Positions 9,354-19,868 of a stretch of DNA of 64,000 nucleotides are shown here, in pieces. Made by a program: the position numbers and the translations under genes. The stretch is taken from positions 973,091 to 1,037,090 of the forward strand of contig NZ_CP133017.1 of NCBI RefSeq assembly GCF_030866765.1, given 5' to 3'. The number at the start of each line of letters is the position of its first letter. Position 1 is the stretch's first letter. This DNA comes from Paenibacillus silvisoli (GTDB taxonomy: Bacteria > Bacillota > Bacilli > Paenibacillales > Paenibacillaceae). The notes under the pieces are model-generated. The model saw only the letters and a program-made list of their open reading frames with translations. It did no database searches and had not been told where the DNA came from.

Positions 9354-10166
9354 GTGGAGGCAATTGAATTGGATTTGGAACCGACAACGAAGCAAAACGA
9401 ACAATCCTGGAACACCGGCGCGTACGGCGCTTGGCTGCAGCGGTTCGGCACCCCGGGCGAAGCGGCGGCTAAAATCGCGGCCGCGCCGGCGAAGCGCGTC
9501 GGCACGGCTCTCGAGCATATGGGCGAGGTGAGCGGGAAGCGAATCGTCAACCTGCTCGGCTCGAACGGGAATAAGGCGGTCGCGCTTGCGCTGCTCGGCG
9601 CGGCTGCGACGGTTATCGATTTTTCGCACGACAATGAGCGGTATGCGCGGGAGCTGGCCGACAAAGCGGGCGTTCCGCTAACCTACATCGTGGCGGATGT
9701 GCTGAAGCTGCCTGCCGATGTGCTGGACGGCTCCTATGATATTGTGTATATGGAGTTTGGGATTTTGCATTATTTTCTCGATTTGGCGCCGCTCTTCGAG
9801 GTTGTGCGCGGGCTGCTGCGCCAGGGCGGGAAGCTGGTGCTGCAGGACTTTCACCCGGTATCGACGAAGCTGATCTCCTCTCGCGGCACGACGGCGAACA
9901 TTCGCAAGCATAAAGTGGACGGCGATTATTTCAGCAGCGAGCTGGAAGAGAAGGAAGTGGCCTTCGCGAAGTTTATGGCTTCGGAGCCGGGCGCCGCCGA
10001 AGTGCCGAAGGTGCTGCTGCGCAACTGGACGCTCGGCGAGATCGTCACCGCGGTGGCAGGCGGCGGGCTGTGCATCAAGCTGCTCGAAGAGCTGCCGAAC
10101 GGCTCGTCCGATGTGTTCGACAAGGGAATTCCGAAGACGTTCACGATTGTGGCGGAGAAGCTGTGA
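9354..10166 (+). CDS. Class I SAM-dependent methyltransferase
   Basis: Glycine-rich SAM-binding motif IVNLLGSNGNKAVALA...VIDFS and the acidic-loop motif DIVYMEFGILHY. GTG start. Confidence 0.65.
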   Translation: MEAIELDLEPTTKQNEQSWNTGAYGAWLQRFGTPGEAAAKIAAAPAKRVGTALEHMGEVSGKRIVNLLGSNGNKAVALALLGAAATVIDFSHDNERYARELADKAGVPLTYIVADVLKLPADVLDGSYDIVYMEFGILHYFLDLAPLFEVVRGLLRQGGKLVLQDFHPVSTKLISSRGTTANIRKHKVDGDYFSSELEEKEVAFAKFMASEPGAAEVPKVLLRNWTLGEIVTAVAGGGLCIKLLEELPNGSSDVFDKGIPKTFTIVAEKL

Positions 10167-10352
10167 AGGGGAAAGTGAATAACTAATGCGTGGTGCAAGA
10201 AGCTGACACCGGTTTAGGCCGGGAGTCGGCTTTTTTAGTTTACAGCAGTTCAGCGGAGGGGGATTTTTTTACCCAAACCCGGTTAAAATCGGGTGCCCCG
10301 GAAAACAATACGAAGGCGTGGCAGGCACAGGCGCCCCGATTGTGAAGGTTTT

Positions 10353-10380
10353 TTGAAAATCGTCATAAAACCTTTACAAT
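10353..10380 (+). promoter_or_regulatory. Sigma-A-type promoter for the DUF47-pit operon
   Basis: TTGAAA (10353-10358), 16-nt spacer, TACAAT (10375-10380), about 105 nt upstream of the DUF47 start. Confidence 0.5.
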
Positions 10381-10486
10381 CCCTTAACAAATGGAAGGTA
10401 AACTATGTTAAGATATTGTCGGTTTACTGTGACAATTGTAGAAATTTACCGGTAGCGCAAATACCGCGGCAGCGAAGGGGATAGTT

Positions 10487-11101
10487 ATGTTTAAGAAGAA
10501 GAACGATGTGTTCTTTACCACACTGGAGTCCATGGCGGATACGATTTTGGAGGCCGTGCACTACTTCGAGCAAAACGTGTCCAAAATCAAGGACGCCAGC
10601 CAGTTTGCGAAGGCGATGAAAGAATACGAGAGCAAATGCGATCGCCACGTACATACGATCTTGACCGAACTGAACAAGACGTTCATCACGCCGATCGAGC
10701 GCGAAGACATCATGAAGCTGACGACGTCGCTGGACGATGTGCTTGACGGCATCGAAGCATGCGCATCCCGTTTCGAGATGTACAATATTACGCAGCCGGA
10801 CGAATATATCACGCTGTTCGCCGACAACCTGCTTCGCTGCGCGCAGCAAATCAAGAAAGCGATCTACATGCTATCCGAGAAGAAGCTGCTTGCGATGCGC
10901 GAGCCGGCGATTCATATCAACGAGCTGGAAAACCAAGCGGACGACCTGCTTCGCGTCAGCGTAAAAAGCTTGTTCGCGAACGTGACGGACCCGATCGAGC
11001 TGATCAAGCGCAAAGAGATTTACGAGCGCCTCGAGCAAACGACCGACTATTGCGAGGATGTCGCAAACACACTCGAAACGATCATTATGCGCAACAGCTA
11101 A
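10487..11101 (+). CDS. DUF47-family protein (PhoU-like Pit accessory protein, YkaA-like)
   Basis: 204 aa, all-helical. Immediately precedes and is co-oriented with the Pit transporter, as in B. subtilis ykaA-pit. Confidence 0.75.
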   Translation: MFKKKNDVFFTTLESMADTILEAVHYFEQNVSKIKDASQFAKAMKEYESKCDRHVHTILTELNKTFITPIEREDIMKLTTSLDDVLDGIEACASRFEMYNITQPDEYITLFADNLLRCAQQIKKAIYMLSEKKLLAMREPAIHINELENQADDLLRVSVKSLFANVTDPIELIKRKEIYERLEQTTDYCEDVANTLETIIMRNS

Positions 11102-11119
11102 GGAGCGGGACGAGCAGGT

Positions 11120-12118
11120 ATGGACATTTACATTTGGGTCGGCATCGTTATCTTTTTGGCACTGGCTTTCGACTTTATTAACGGGTTTCACGATACGGCC
11201 AACGCGATCGCCACGTCCGTATCCACGCGGGCATTGTCGCCGCGGATGGCGATCATTCTCGCATCGGTGATGAACTTCGTCGGGGCGATTATGTTTACGG
11301 GCGTAGCGAAAACGATCGGGGGCAAAATCGCCAATCCGGCGACGCTAGATCACGGCGTGCAGGTCGTTGTCGCGACGCTGATCGGCGCGATTGCCTGGAA
11401 CCTGATTACCTGGTGGTTCGGCATCCCGTCTTCCTCTTCGCATGCTTTGATCGGCGCGCTGACGGGCGCGGTCGTCAGCTCGGCAGGGTTTGACGCGATC
11501 AACGCCAAAGGGTTCATCGATATATTGAAGGCACTTATTCTTTCGCCGCTTATTGCATTTACCGGTGGCTTTATCGTGATGTGGATATTGAAGCAGATTT
11601 TCGCCAAAGCGAATCCGCATTCGATGAACAAAGGATTCCGTACCGGCCAAATCCTTACGGCCGCGTTCCAATCGTTCACCCACGGCACGAACGACGCGCA
11701 GAAGGCGATGGGGATTATCACGTTCGCGCTCGTCACGGCGGAGATCCAGGACACGACCGATTACATTCCGCTCTGGGTTAAAATCTCCGCGGCGACGGCG
11801 ATGGCGCTCGGTACCTCGATCGGCGGTTGGAAAATCATCAAGACGATGGGCACGAAAATTTTCAAAATCGAACCGATCAACGGATTCGCGGCCGACATTA
11901 CGTCCGCAACCGTTATTTTGACGGCGACGATGACGCATTTGCCGGTCAGTACGACGCACGTCATCACCTCCGCCATACTCGGCGTCGGCAGCGCGAAGCG
12001 CTTCTCGGCGGTCAAATGGGGGCTGGCGGGACGGATCATCATCTCTTGGATCATCACGATTCCGATTTCGATGATTCTCGCGGCGCTGATCTATCAGCTC
12101 ATCGCATTGTTTATCTAG
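11120..12118 (+). CDS. pit: Low-affinity inorganic phosphate transporter (PiT/PHO4 family)
   Basis: N-terminus MDIYIWVGIVIFLALAFDFINGFHDTANAIATSV and a duplicated GxNDAxK motif (FTHGTNDAQKAMGII). Confidence 0.9.
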   Translation: MDIYIWVGIVIFLALAFDFINGFHDTANAIATSVSTRALSPRMAIILASVMNFVGAIMFTGVAKTIGGKIANPATLDHGVQVVVATLIGAIAWNLITWWFGIPSSSSHALIGALTGAVVSSAGFDAINAKGFIDILKALILSPLIAFTGGFIVMWILKQIFAKANPHSMNKGFRTGQILTAAFQSFTHGTNDAQKAMGIITFALVTAEIQDTTDYIPLWVKISAATAMALGTSIGGWKIIKTMGTKIFKIEPINGFAADITSATVILTATMTHLPVSTTHVITSAILGVGSAKRFSAVKWGLAGRIIISWIITIPISMILAALIYQLIALFI

Positions 12119-12136
12119 GCTTGAAATGAAACGGCA

Positions 12137-12200
12137 AAAGGCTGAAAGGCCCGCAGCATTGGCACCTATCGTGCGCATGCGGCGGCTTTCAGCCTTTTTT
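12137..12200. terminator. Bidirectional terminator between pit and the convergent regulator gene
   Basis: aaaggctgaaaggcc...ggctttcagcctttttt long stem with a nested internal hairpin and a T-run. Confidence 0.55.
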
Positions 12201-14382
12201 ATGTGGACAGCTGGTCAAAAACAAGGTCGGCAAGCTGCCGGATGCCTTTCTTTAGGTGGCGGTAATAGGTCGTCATCGGCATGCCGAGACGCTGGGCGAC
12301 CATCTCATGGCTGCCGATCCGCTCGAGATAGAAAAGACGCAGGATGCGCTCTTGCAGCTGCTCGTGCGGCTTGCTTTCCGCTAGAGACATCAGCGATGTG
12401 GCGAGAACGACCGAAATGCGAGCGGCAAGCTGGTCCTTCGGCAAGCTGGACGAAGGGGGAGGCAGCATGCCGCTGATCTGACCCAGCAGCGCCGGCTCGC
12501 GGAGCAGCCGGTGATGGTGCTCGAGCAGCTGCTTCGCCAGCTGGATGCGGTCCGCTGCCGGTGTTTGCATCTGCGTCTGTGGGAGTGGCTGTGGCTGTGG
12601 CTTCTTTGCGGCCACGGGCATCCGCTGCTCATGCTCGCTTTCGCTGCTTCCAGTCTCAATCTCGAGTGCAGGTATGCGGTGAAAGAAATCGTCGCCTCGC
12701 AGGTCGATGCGGGCGGCTTTGTAATGCAGACCGCCGGGGGAGCGGTAATCCGCCCAAGGCAGCCTCTCGAAGCCGAGCCGGCAGATCGAATCGATCGGCC
12801 CGTCAAGCGGAATCGTCGTAAAGACGAGCCGGCCGGACAGCCGCTCGCTGTAAATTTCCCGGACCAGCAGTCCGAGTACGTCCGGATCGTATTCTTGCAC
12901 GCTGCCGAGCAGCCAGAACATGTATTCATTTTCGTTAGGGCTGCTTTCGAATTCGCAGTTGCTTTGCTCGAAGTAGCTGCTCAGCACGCGGTTGTCGGCG
13001 AGGATGTTTCGTACTTCCGCACTCAGCCGGACAAAGGCGTAGAAGCCGACCGGCAATCCGCCGTGCAGCACGACCCGAATCGCGCCGGGATCTTGTTTCC
13101 ATATGGCGTGTATGTACGCTTGCTGTCCCGTATCGTCCGGCAAAAACGGCGGCATCGTCGTCATCGACCGCTCATAAATGGCAATGACCGCAGGCAGCTC
13201 GCTCTCGATCGCTTGCCGGACAACGAAGCCATCGCCGTCGCTGGCAAAATGATTGCTTTGCATGAATGAATCCGAGACCAGATACAGCTTCTGCAGGCGA
13301 AGCATCCGCTTCTTTTCCTCCGAATGGACAACCTCCAGCATCCGCCATCTTCGTTCTATTGTCCGCAGCGCGCGCAACTTATAGTGCTGGTGAGTATCCG
13401 GGGCGCGCCGGGACAGCTCGTCATTCATCCACCTTCGGACACCGTCGAGGATGCTGTAACCGCCGGGGCCGAAAGGCATCACATAAGGCAGGCTGCAAAA
13501 CTCGCTCATTTCGCTGCGCATAATGGTCTCGCCCAGCATCTCTTCCAGCAGATCCTGATCGAACCACCAAATCATCGAGGCGGCGGACAACAGCCGTTTA
13601 TACATCGCGGGCTGCTGGCCGTCCTGGAAGAGAGCTCGGTCCATCATGGCGATTATGGTCGTCGTCTGCGTACCGGCGAGAAACGATTGGGCGCCATGCT
13701 GCAGGATCGATTCGCAAGCCAGCGACAGCGCAAGCGGAATGCCGCCCGAGAACAGCTTTACCGATTCGCGCAGCGAAGGGTCGTCAATGCCGATAATGGC
13801 GGTATAGCGGTCGGTTTCGCATTTGCTGAGAGGGGAGAGTCTGACGTTGCGGATCATGCCGATCCATCCCGCGGCGGATATCCATTCTTCATTTAACGGG
13901 AACCGGCCGGCGGTGAACACTTTAATACGGGTAATCAGTTGAGGGAGCCAATGGTCTCGCAGCCAATTCGCGATGGGGCTTCCGCGTTCAATGCCATCGA
14001 GGAGTAGCACCAGTCTGCCCTGGATGTCCGCCAAACGGTTCATGCGCTCCGCCTCGGCCGTGCCGAACGGGGCTAGGAGATCCACCGGAGCATGAGGGAA
14101 CGGGTACCGCCGCTCAAGCTCGTCTCGTAAGGCGTCAGCGAAACGAGCGGGATGCTCGAATGTACGCACATCCACATAGATGACGATTTCTTCCTTTTGA
14201 AGCATTCGCTCGAACGCGCGGAGCAGCGCGCTTTTGCCGATCCCGCCAGGCCCGTGAAAATGGTGCAGGCGCCAAGCCGCCTCGCCGTTCCCCAGCTCTT
14301 GGGTCATGAGGGCAATCTCTCTCTCCCGCCCTACAAATCGTTTTTGCTGTAAATCGTTGAGCAGCTGGCGAACGCTCTTCAA
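12199..14382 (-). CDS. Multidomain transcriptional regulator: N-terminal AAA/STAND-like ATPase, central domain, C-terminal sigma-70 region-4/LuxR-type HTH
   Basis: 727 aa. Walker A HFHGPGGIGKSALLRAFE and Walker B LVLLLDGIE. C-terminal HEMVAQRLGMPMTTYYRHLKKGIRQLADL HTH. Gln/Pro-rich linker. Confidence 0.6.
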   Translation of the reverse strand: MKSVRQLLNDLQQKRFVGREREIALMTQELGNGEAAWRLHHFHGPGGIGKSALLRAFERMLQKEEIVIYVDVRTFEHPARFADALRDELERRYPFPHAPVDLLAPFGTAEAERMNRLADIQGRLVLLLDGIERGSPIANWLRDHWLPQLITRIKVFTAGRFPLNEEWISAAGWIGMIRNVRLSPLSKCETDRYTAIIGIDDPSLRESVKLFSGGIPLALSLACESILQHGAQSFLAGTQTTTIIAMMDRALFQDGQQPAMYKRLLSAASMIWWFDQDLLEEMLGETIMRSEMSEFCSLPYVMPFGPGGYSILDGVRRWMNDELSRRAPDTHQHYKLRALRTIERRWRMLEVVHSEEKKRMLRLQKLYLVSDSFMQSNHFASDGDGFVVRQAIESELPAVIAIYERSMTTMPPFLPDDTGQQAYIHAIWKQDPGAIRVVLHGGLPVGFYAFVRLSAEVRNILADNRVLSSYFEQSNCEFESSPNENEYMFWLLGSVQEYDPDVLGLLVREIYSERLSGRLVFTTIPLDGPIDSICRLGFERLPWADYRSPGGLHYKAARIDLRGDDFFHRIPALEIETGSSESEHEQRMPVAAKKPQPQPLPQTQMQTPAADRIQLAKQLLEHHHRLLREPALLGQISGMLPPPSSSLPKDQLAARISVVLATSLMSLAESKPHEQLQERILRLFYLERIGSHEMVAQRLGMPMTTYYRHLKKGIRQLADLVFDQLST

Positions 14383-14564
14383 TACCCATCGCTCCTAAGC
14401 CAATAATGGTGGCAGGCCGCTGAATCTAGCAGGGTCTATTCCATATTATACAGGAGAATCGTTGGATATGTTGGAATTTTTTAGGCGATTATAGGCGTAA
14501 AAAATCCCCCATCCGAGGTCGCGGAAATCGCTTGTCGAATTGGGGGAGGGGTATTACCGCAGCA

Positions 14565-16283
14565 CTATACTTTATATTTCATGACCAAATCTTGCAGCTC
14601 TTCGGCCATCTTGGACAGATAAGTAGCGGATGCCGCGATCTCTTGCATGGAAGCCAGCTGCTCTTCCGAAGCGGCGGACACGTTTTGCGTTTCCGCTGCC
14701 GCGGTCTCTGCGGCATTGGCAACGGCATCGATCGTTTGCACGATTTGCGATGCGCCTTCGGACATGTCTTGGGACGCCTCGGACACCTCCGTAATTTGCG
14801 TGGCTACTTGGGCGATGGCACCTTGAATGCCCTCGAACGTTTGGCCTGCCGTCGTCACGACCTCGATGCCTTCCTCGACTTCGGTGTTCACCCGGTTCAT
14901 CGTGCGGATCGTCTCGTTCATCTCTTCTTGGATGGTGCCGACCAGCTCGGCAATTTGCGCCGCTGCTTCGGTCGACTGCTCCGACAGCTTGCGAATCTCG
15001 CTGGCGACGACGCCGAATCCGCGTCCGTTCTCGCCCGCGCGCGCCGCCTCAATGGCCGCGTTCAGAGCCAGCAGGTTCGTTTGCGACGAGATGGAGGTGA
15101 TAACCTCGACGAATTGGCCGATTTGCACGGAGCGTTCGCCAAGCTCTTGAACCGAGCTCGTCAGGCCGCCTACCGTTTCGTTCAGTCCGTTCATCCGATC
15201 GACCGCTTGCTGTACGATGACATTGCCTTCGCTAGCCGACTGGTTCGCCTGCTCAGCGATGTGCGTCACATGGCTGGCACTAGCCGCAATTTGCTGCACG
15301 CCGCTGGACATGTCGTGAATCGCTTTGGCGCCTTGGTCGACGCTTGCGACCTGCTTGTCCGAGCTGATCGCCATTTCTTGCACCGATTTCGTAATATGCT
15401 CGGTCGCCCGGCTTGTCTGCTCGGCGCTTGCCGTCAGCTGCTCGGCCGAAGCGGCAACCTGCTCCGCGTTCAGCTTGACGTGGTGGATCAGCGTGCGCAG
15501 ATTCGCCGTCATGGCGTTGAAGTTCGCGGAGAGCGTGCCGATCTCATCCTTGGACTTGACTTCGATCTGGCTGCCGGACAAGTCGCCGTCCGCGATTTGG
15601 CGGGATGCGTCCGCCAGCGTCTTGATCGGTTTGACGACGCGCGTCAGGACGCCGAACATGATTATGCCTGCCGCAACAAGGAAAATCAGAATGAGTCCGA
15701 CAACGCTGAGCGTTTCTTTTACGGCTTTCTTATCGGTAACGGCCACGTCGTAGTCCATCCCGTACAGGGCAACGACCTTATCCCCGTCTAGAATCGGGTA
15801 GAGGGCGCTTTTCCATGTTCCGGTGGCGTCCGTATACGTGTCCGTAATTTGAATCGTTTTTTTATCGAAGGCCTGCTTGGCGAATTTTTTAAACGTCTCG
15901 CTGGCCGGAATTTCGGATCCGTACGACATCGTATCCGAGAGCAAAGAGCTGTTCATCGCAGCCGCATAATACTTGCCGTCCTTGGTGCTGACAAGATAAA
16001 GATTGGTAACGCCGGACTTGGACTCGTTGATCAGGTCATCCATTTCGCCGGTCATGGCCATCGCCGTCGGATTGGACTTATCCGGCTTCTGGAGGATATA
16101 GCTGACGTCCGATAAACTAACTAGTCTGCCCAGCAGGTAGCTCATCGAGTGGAGCTGCTGCTCCGTGCTTTGCTCGTTGCTGGCTTTGATTTTGGTAAAG
16201 ACCATGAACATCGTTGAGGCGCCGAACAGTAGTAAAATAATGGAGTTAATCAGCACTAACTTGAAGCGAATGGATCCTCTCAT
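14565..16283 (-). CDS. Methyl-accepting chemotaxis protein (dCache-like sensor, HAMP, MCP signalling domain)
   Basis: 572 aa. N-terminal TM. Highly conserved MCP tip [34 protein letters not shown]. Confidence 0.85.
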   Translation of the reverse strand: MRGSIRFKLVLINSIILLLFGASTMFMVFTKIKASNEQSTEQQLHSMSYLLGRLVSLSDVSYILQKPDKSNPTAMAMTGEMDDLINESKSGVTNLYLVSTKDGKYYAAAMNSSLLSDTMSYGSEIPASETFKKFAKQAFDKKTIQITDTYTDATGTWKSALYPILDGDKVVALYGMDYDVAVTDKKAVKETLSVVGLILIFLVAAGIIMFGVLTRVVKPIKTLADASRQIADGDLSGSQIEVKSKDEIGTLSANFNAMTANLRTLIHHVKLNAEQVAASAEQLTASAEQTSRATEHITKSVQEMAISSDKQVASVDQGAKAIHDMSSGVQQIAASASHVTHIAEQANQSASEGNVIVQQAVDRMNGLNETVGGLTSSVQELGERSVQIGQFVEVITSISSQTNLLALNAAIEAARAGENGRGFGVVASEIRKLSEQSTEAAAQIAELVGTIQEEMNETIRTMNRVNTEVEEGIEVVTTAGQTFEGIQGAIAQVATQITEVSEASQDMSEGASQIVQTIDAVANAAETAAAETQNVSAASEEQLASMQEIAASATYLSKMAEELQDLVMKYKV

Positions 16284-16550
16284 GTCGAATGTTGTCCCCT
16301 CTGGCCGAAGTATGATGTGCGGGTTGTGCGATGCGGGATGTGTGCCCGTGCACAGAGTACTATTGTATCATGTTGGATATGACCATGGATGGTACTTTTA
16401 TCCTAATTTAAGCGTTTTCTTCTTTTAAATTTTGCTAAACTCCGCGCGCTTGGGAATGCGGAAAAGGCCGGAGCCGCATGGGATGCGGCTTTCGGCCTTA
16501 TTGCTGCCCTGTTGGGGCGGGATAACTGGGGCTTGGGCAGGTGCTGCGCT

Positions 16551-17318
16551 TTATCTGCGCTTGCGTTTCCGCGGTCCGCCTGGGGTAGGGCCGGACTTCT
16601 TGGCCGTGCCCTTGCGCTTCCTTTTGCGGCGTTTAGGTCTATCGTCGTCATCGTCGTCGTCGGCTGCGAGCACGGATGCCCCTTTCTTGCCGCCGAAGGA
16701 TGTCGCCAGCACCTTGATGAGCGGGGCCATCTGCGTAATGCTGCCGACGACCTTCTGTACCTTACCCATCGTGGTGACGATGCCGTCGATGCCGCCCAGC
16801 CGGTCGACGACGCCCTTGAGGTCGTTGAGACTGGTGGCGAGGTTGAAGCCGCCTTTGCTATCCGACTTCGCCGGCTCGATGACGGTCGGGAGATTGCCGT
16901 CCGACTCCGGGAGCGGGATGATTTGCTGGCCGGCTGCCGGCTGAATTTGGATGGAAGGCACGCCGGTCGAAAACTCCGACGTAGGGAACGGAACCGGCGT
17001 TTTTCCTTCGAGCCCGACGCTTTTGTTCATGCCGATGCTCTTATTGAGTCCGACGCTTTTGTTGACGCCTTGAAACGGATCCGGAATGCCCGGGAACGGG
17101 CTTTGATTTTGCGCTTGACGGTAATTTTGCTGCTGCAGGCTTTGACCTTGCCCGCCGTGTTGCGGATTGTGGTTCCCAGGGGACGGATCATAGCGATATT
17201 TCACGCAGATCACAACCTTTTTTGGCTTTTTATAGAACAGTTTATGGGATAGGCAAACATACGGATTGGACGAATGCCCGCTTTTCGAAATAAAATTCGA
17301 GCGAATGCGGGGGGACAT
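16551..17318 (-). CDS. Low-complexity Gln/Asn-rich protein with a C-terminal poly-Asp run followed by a Lys/Arg-rich tail; possibly YqfQ-like spore-associated protein
   Basis: Track ORF 16551..17729 trimmed to the first ATG (17318); the upstream 137 codons are Arg-rich with no RBS. Repeats GVNKSVGLNKSIGMNKSVGL. Tail DDDDDDDRPKRRKRKRKG...RKRKRR. YqfQ-like is a weak recollection of family flavour. Confidence 0.4.
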   Translation of the reverse strand: MSPRIRSNFISKSGHSSNPYVCLSHKLFYKKPKKVVICVKYRYDPSPGNHNPQHGGQGQSLQQQNYRQAQNQSPFPGIPDPFQGVNKSVGLNKSIGMNKSVGLEGKTPVPFPTSEFSTGVPSIQIQPAAGQQIIPLPESDGNLPTVIEPAKSDSKGGFNLATSLNDLKGVVDRLGGIDGIVTTMGKVQKVVGSITQMAPLIKVLATSFGGKKGASVLAADDDDDDDRPKRRKRKRKGTAKKSGPTPGGPRKRKRR

Positions 17319-17432
17319 CGGCTGATGGGCGGCGACTCTTCTATTCTGTAAAGCGCCGCAACGGTGATGCTTGAATAATGAGAGAGAAAGGACTACAATT
17401 AGTGTACAAGTTCGAGTAGGAGTGAGCGGGAG

Positions 17433-17723
17433 ATGCAACTGAAGAAGCTGAACGACAAGACGTTCGACCAACTGTTCGAAGCGGTTTTGACGCTGAAGAG
17501 CGTGGAAGAGTGCTATATATTTTTCGACGATTTGTGTACGGTGAACGAGATTCAATCGTTGTCCCAGCGGCTTGAAGTGGCGCGCATGCTTGGCAAGGGC
17601 GCGACATATAATCAGATTGAAGCGGAAACCGGCGCTAGCACGGCGACGATTTCGCGCGTGAAGCGGTGCCTGAACTACGGCAACGACGGGTACAAAATGG
17701 CGCTGGAGCGCTTGGGACGCTAA
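17433..17723 (+). CDS. yerC: YerC/YecD-family TrpR-like protein
   Basis: 96 aa. EECYIFFDDLCTVNEIQSLSQRLEVARML...ATISRVKRCL is the conserved YerC/YecD signature. AGGAG RBS. Confidence 0.8.
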   Translation: MQLKKLNDKTFDQLFEAVLTLKSVEECYIFFDDLCTVNEIQSLSQRLEVARMLGKGATYNQIEAETGASTATISRVKRCLNYGNDGYKMALERLGR

Positions 17724-17727
17724 CGCC

Positions 17728-18675
17728 ATGAAGCCTGGCGTGTTGGTGATCAGCCACGGCTCGCGCGAGGCGGGCTGGGTGAAGCTTGTGGATGAGGCGG
17801 TTGCGGCGGTTGCCGAGTCGGCGGTTTGCCGGCAGGCGGCTGTCGGCAGCGATGTGGACGGCGAGCTTAGCGGCGCGGAAGCAAAGGCGGAGTCCGGCGG
17901 TACTGGCGGCGGCGCAGTGTCCGCGATGTACGGCGAAGCCTTCGGCAGCGCAGGCGCAGAAGCAGCGAAGCCGGAAAGCTACAGTGGCAAGGTGCCGGTT
18001 GTCTCGGCTTTTCTTGAAATTGTTGAAGGACGTCTGATTCAGGACGGCATAGATCGGCTCGAAGCGGAAGGGGTGACGGAGCTTTACGTCCTTCCGCTTT
18101 TTGTGTCGTCCGGGAGCACGCATGTGGACGACATCGCGCAGGCGTTCGGCGTGGCGCCGGTGTCCGAGGCGCGGAGCGGCGAGCTCGCGCCGTTTCGCGT
18201 TGGCGCCGGGACGCGCGTTCGGTTCGGCCTGCCGATCGACGATGATGCGGATATTGCGGAGCTGCTGCTCGGCAATATCTTATCGCTGTCGGCGGCGCCC
18301 GCGCGGGAGCGGCTGCTGCTCGTCGCGCACGGCTCGCGCGAGCCGGTCTTTCACGGCCGCTGGCGAAGCGGCATGACGCGGCTCGCGGAGCGGGTGCGCG
18401 AGCTCGGCGGGTTCGCCGGCGCGGACATCGCGATGCTGCTGCCGAATCAGGCGGCTTGCAGGCTGCGGGCGCTGCAGCGGCGGTATCCGGGAGACACCTT
18501 TATCGTGGTGCCGCTGTTTTTGAGCGAGGGCTATTTTACGCGTACCGTTATTCCGGGCCGGCTGGAAGGGCTCGATTACCGGAACAATGGCCGCGCGCTG
18601 CTGCCGCATCCGTGCATCGTGCGCTGGATGGAGCGCCAGGTCGGGAGCTGGCTGTCCTCGTTCACGTCGTTGTAG
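17728..18675 (+). CDS. CbiX/SirB-family (sirohydrochlorin chelatase-like) protein with two CbiX repeats and an Ala/Gly-rich insert
   Basis: Two LxxHGSRE motifs (VLVISHGSREAGW; LLLVAHGSREPVF). Confidence 0.6.
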   Translation: MKPGVLVISHGSREAGWVKLVDEAVAAVAESAVCRQAAVGSDVDGELSGAEAKAESGGTGGGAVSAMYGEAFGSAGAEAAKPESYSGKVPVVSAFLEIVEGRLIQDGIDRLEAEGVTELYVLPLFVSSGSTHVDDIAQAFGVAPVSEARSGELAPFRVGAGTRVRFGLPIDDDADIAELLLGNILSLSAAPARERLLLVAHGSREPVFHGRWRSGMTRLAERVRELGGFAGADIAMLLPNQAACRLRALQRRYPGDTFIVVPLFLSEGYFTRTVIPGRLEGLDYRNNGRALLPHPCIVRWMERQVGSWLSSFTSL

Positions 18676-18866
18676 CATTTATGGTTAATTTTGTATAAAG
18701 ATGGTCCGCCGCGTTTGGGAAGTTCGCCATTTAGGTGTATAGTAGAGAGTAGTAAACACGAGAGAAGATACGGGCAGCGGGTCGGTCGGCTGCCGCGTCT
18801 GACGGGTGCGCGGAAGGCGCAGTCCGTGCGCGGCAGGTCAGGGCGACTGTGCCGGAGGTGGTCTAG

Positions 18867-19781
18867 TTGACGATTAAGAGGGCGAGACTGATTTATAACC
18901 CGACGTCGGGGCGCGAAGAGATTAAGCGGCGGCTGCCGGATATCCTGCAGCGGCTGGAGCGCGGCGGCATCGAGACAAGTTGCCACGCGACGTCGAGCGA
19001 AGGCGACGCGACGATCGCGGCGGCCGAGGCTGCGGACCGCGGCTTCGATTACATTATCGCGGCCGGCGGCGACGGGACGCTGTATGAAGTGATCAACGGC
19101 TTGGCGGAAAAGGAAGTACGGCCGCCGCTCGGCATATTGCCGCTGGGAACGACGAATGATTTTGCTCGGGCGCTCGGCATTCCGAAGCACTGGGAGTACG
19201 CGTGCGATCTCATCACCCAGCAGTATACGCGGCCGATCGATTTGGGACGGGCGAACAACCGGTATTTTATCAATATTGCCGGCGGAGGCTCCTTGACGGA
19301 GCTGACCTACGAGGTGCCGAGCAAGCTGAAGACGATGATCGGGCAGCTGGCCTATTATATGAAGGGTCTCGAGAAAATGACCCGCCTGCGGCCAACCGAG
19401 CTCCGGATCCAAGCCAAGGAAATCGGCGAAATCCATGAGGAGATCATGCTGTTCCTCATCTGCAACAGCAACTCGGTCGGCGGCTTCGAGAAGCTGGCTC
19501 CTGAGGCGAGTTTGGGCGATGGGCTGTTCGACGTTGTCGTCTTGAAGAAGTGCAACCTCGGCGAGTTCATCCGCCTGGCGTCGCTGGCGCTGCGCGGGGA
19601 GCATTTGAACGATCCGCATGTGGTGCATTTTCAGACGAGCGAGCTCGTGGTGACGACACCGGATTACGTGCAGCTCAACCTGGACGGGGAGTATGGCGGG
19701 ACGCTGCCGTGCACGTTCACGGTGCTGCCGTCGCATTTGAACATTATCGTGGATGAAGCGGGCAATTCTACTTATAAATAG
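18867..19781 (+). CDS. dagK: Diacylglycerol kinase-family lipid kinase (DagK/YegS/BmrU)
   Basis: LIYNPTSGREE...IIAAGGDGTLYEVINGL...LGILPLGTTNDFAR motifs. TTG start with GGAGGTGG RBS. Sits upstream of rlmCD as B. subtilis yerQ does. Confidence 0.8.
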   Translation: MTIKRARLIYNPTSGREEIKRRLPDILQRLERGGIETSCHATSSEGDATIAAAEAADRGFDYIIAAGGDGTLYEVINGLAEKEVRPPLGILPLGTTNDFARALGIPKHWEYACDLITQQYTRPIDLGRANNRYFINIAGGGSLTELTYEVPSKLKTMIGQLAYYMKGLEKMTRLRPTELRIQAKEIGEIHEEIMLFLICNSNSVGGFEKLAPEASLGDGLFDVVVLKKCNLGEFIRLASLALRGEHLNDPHVVHFQTSELVVTTPDYVQLNLDGEYGGTLPCTFTVLPSHLNIIVDEAGNSTYK

Positions 19782-19868
19782 ACGGACTGCTACTGCGGAC
19801 ACAGGACAAAGGAACAAAGCGGTCTGATACGGCAAGACAACTGAGGAAAACGGAGCGGGTTACGAACA

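Noticed and set aside
16551-17729. Full 392-aa version of the minus-strand ORF
   Set aside because: The N-terminal 137 codons are Arg-rich, lack an RBS and overlap the yerC promoter region. Trimmed to the first ATG (17318).
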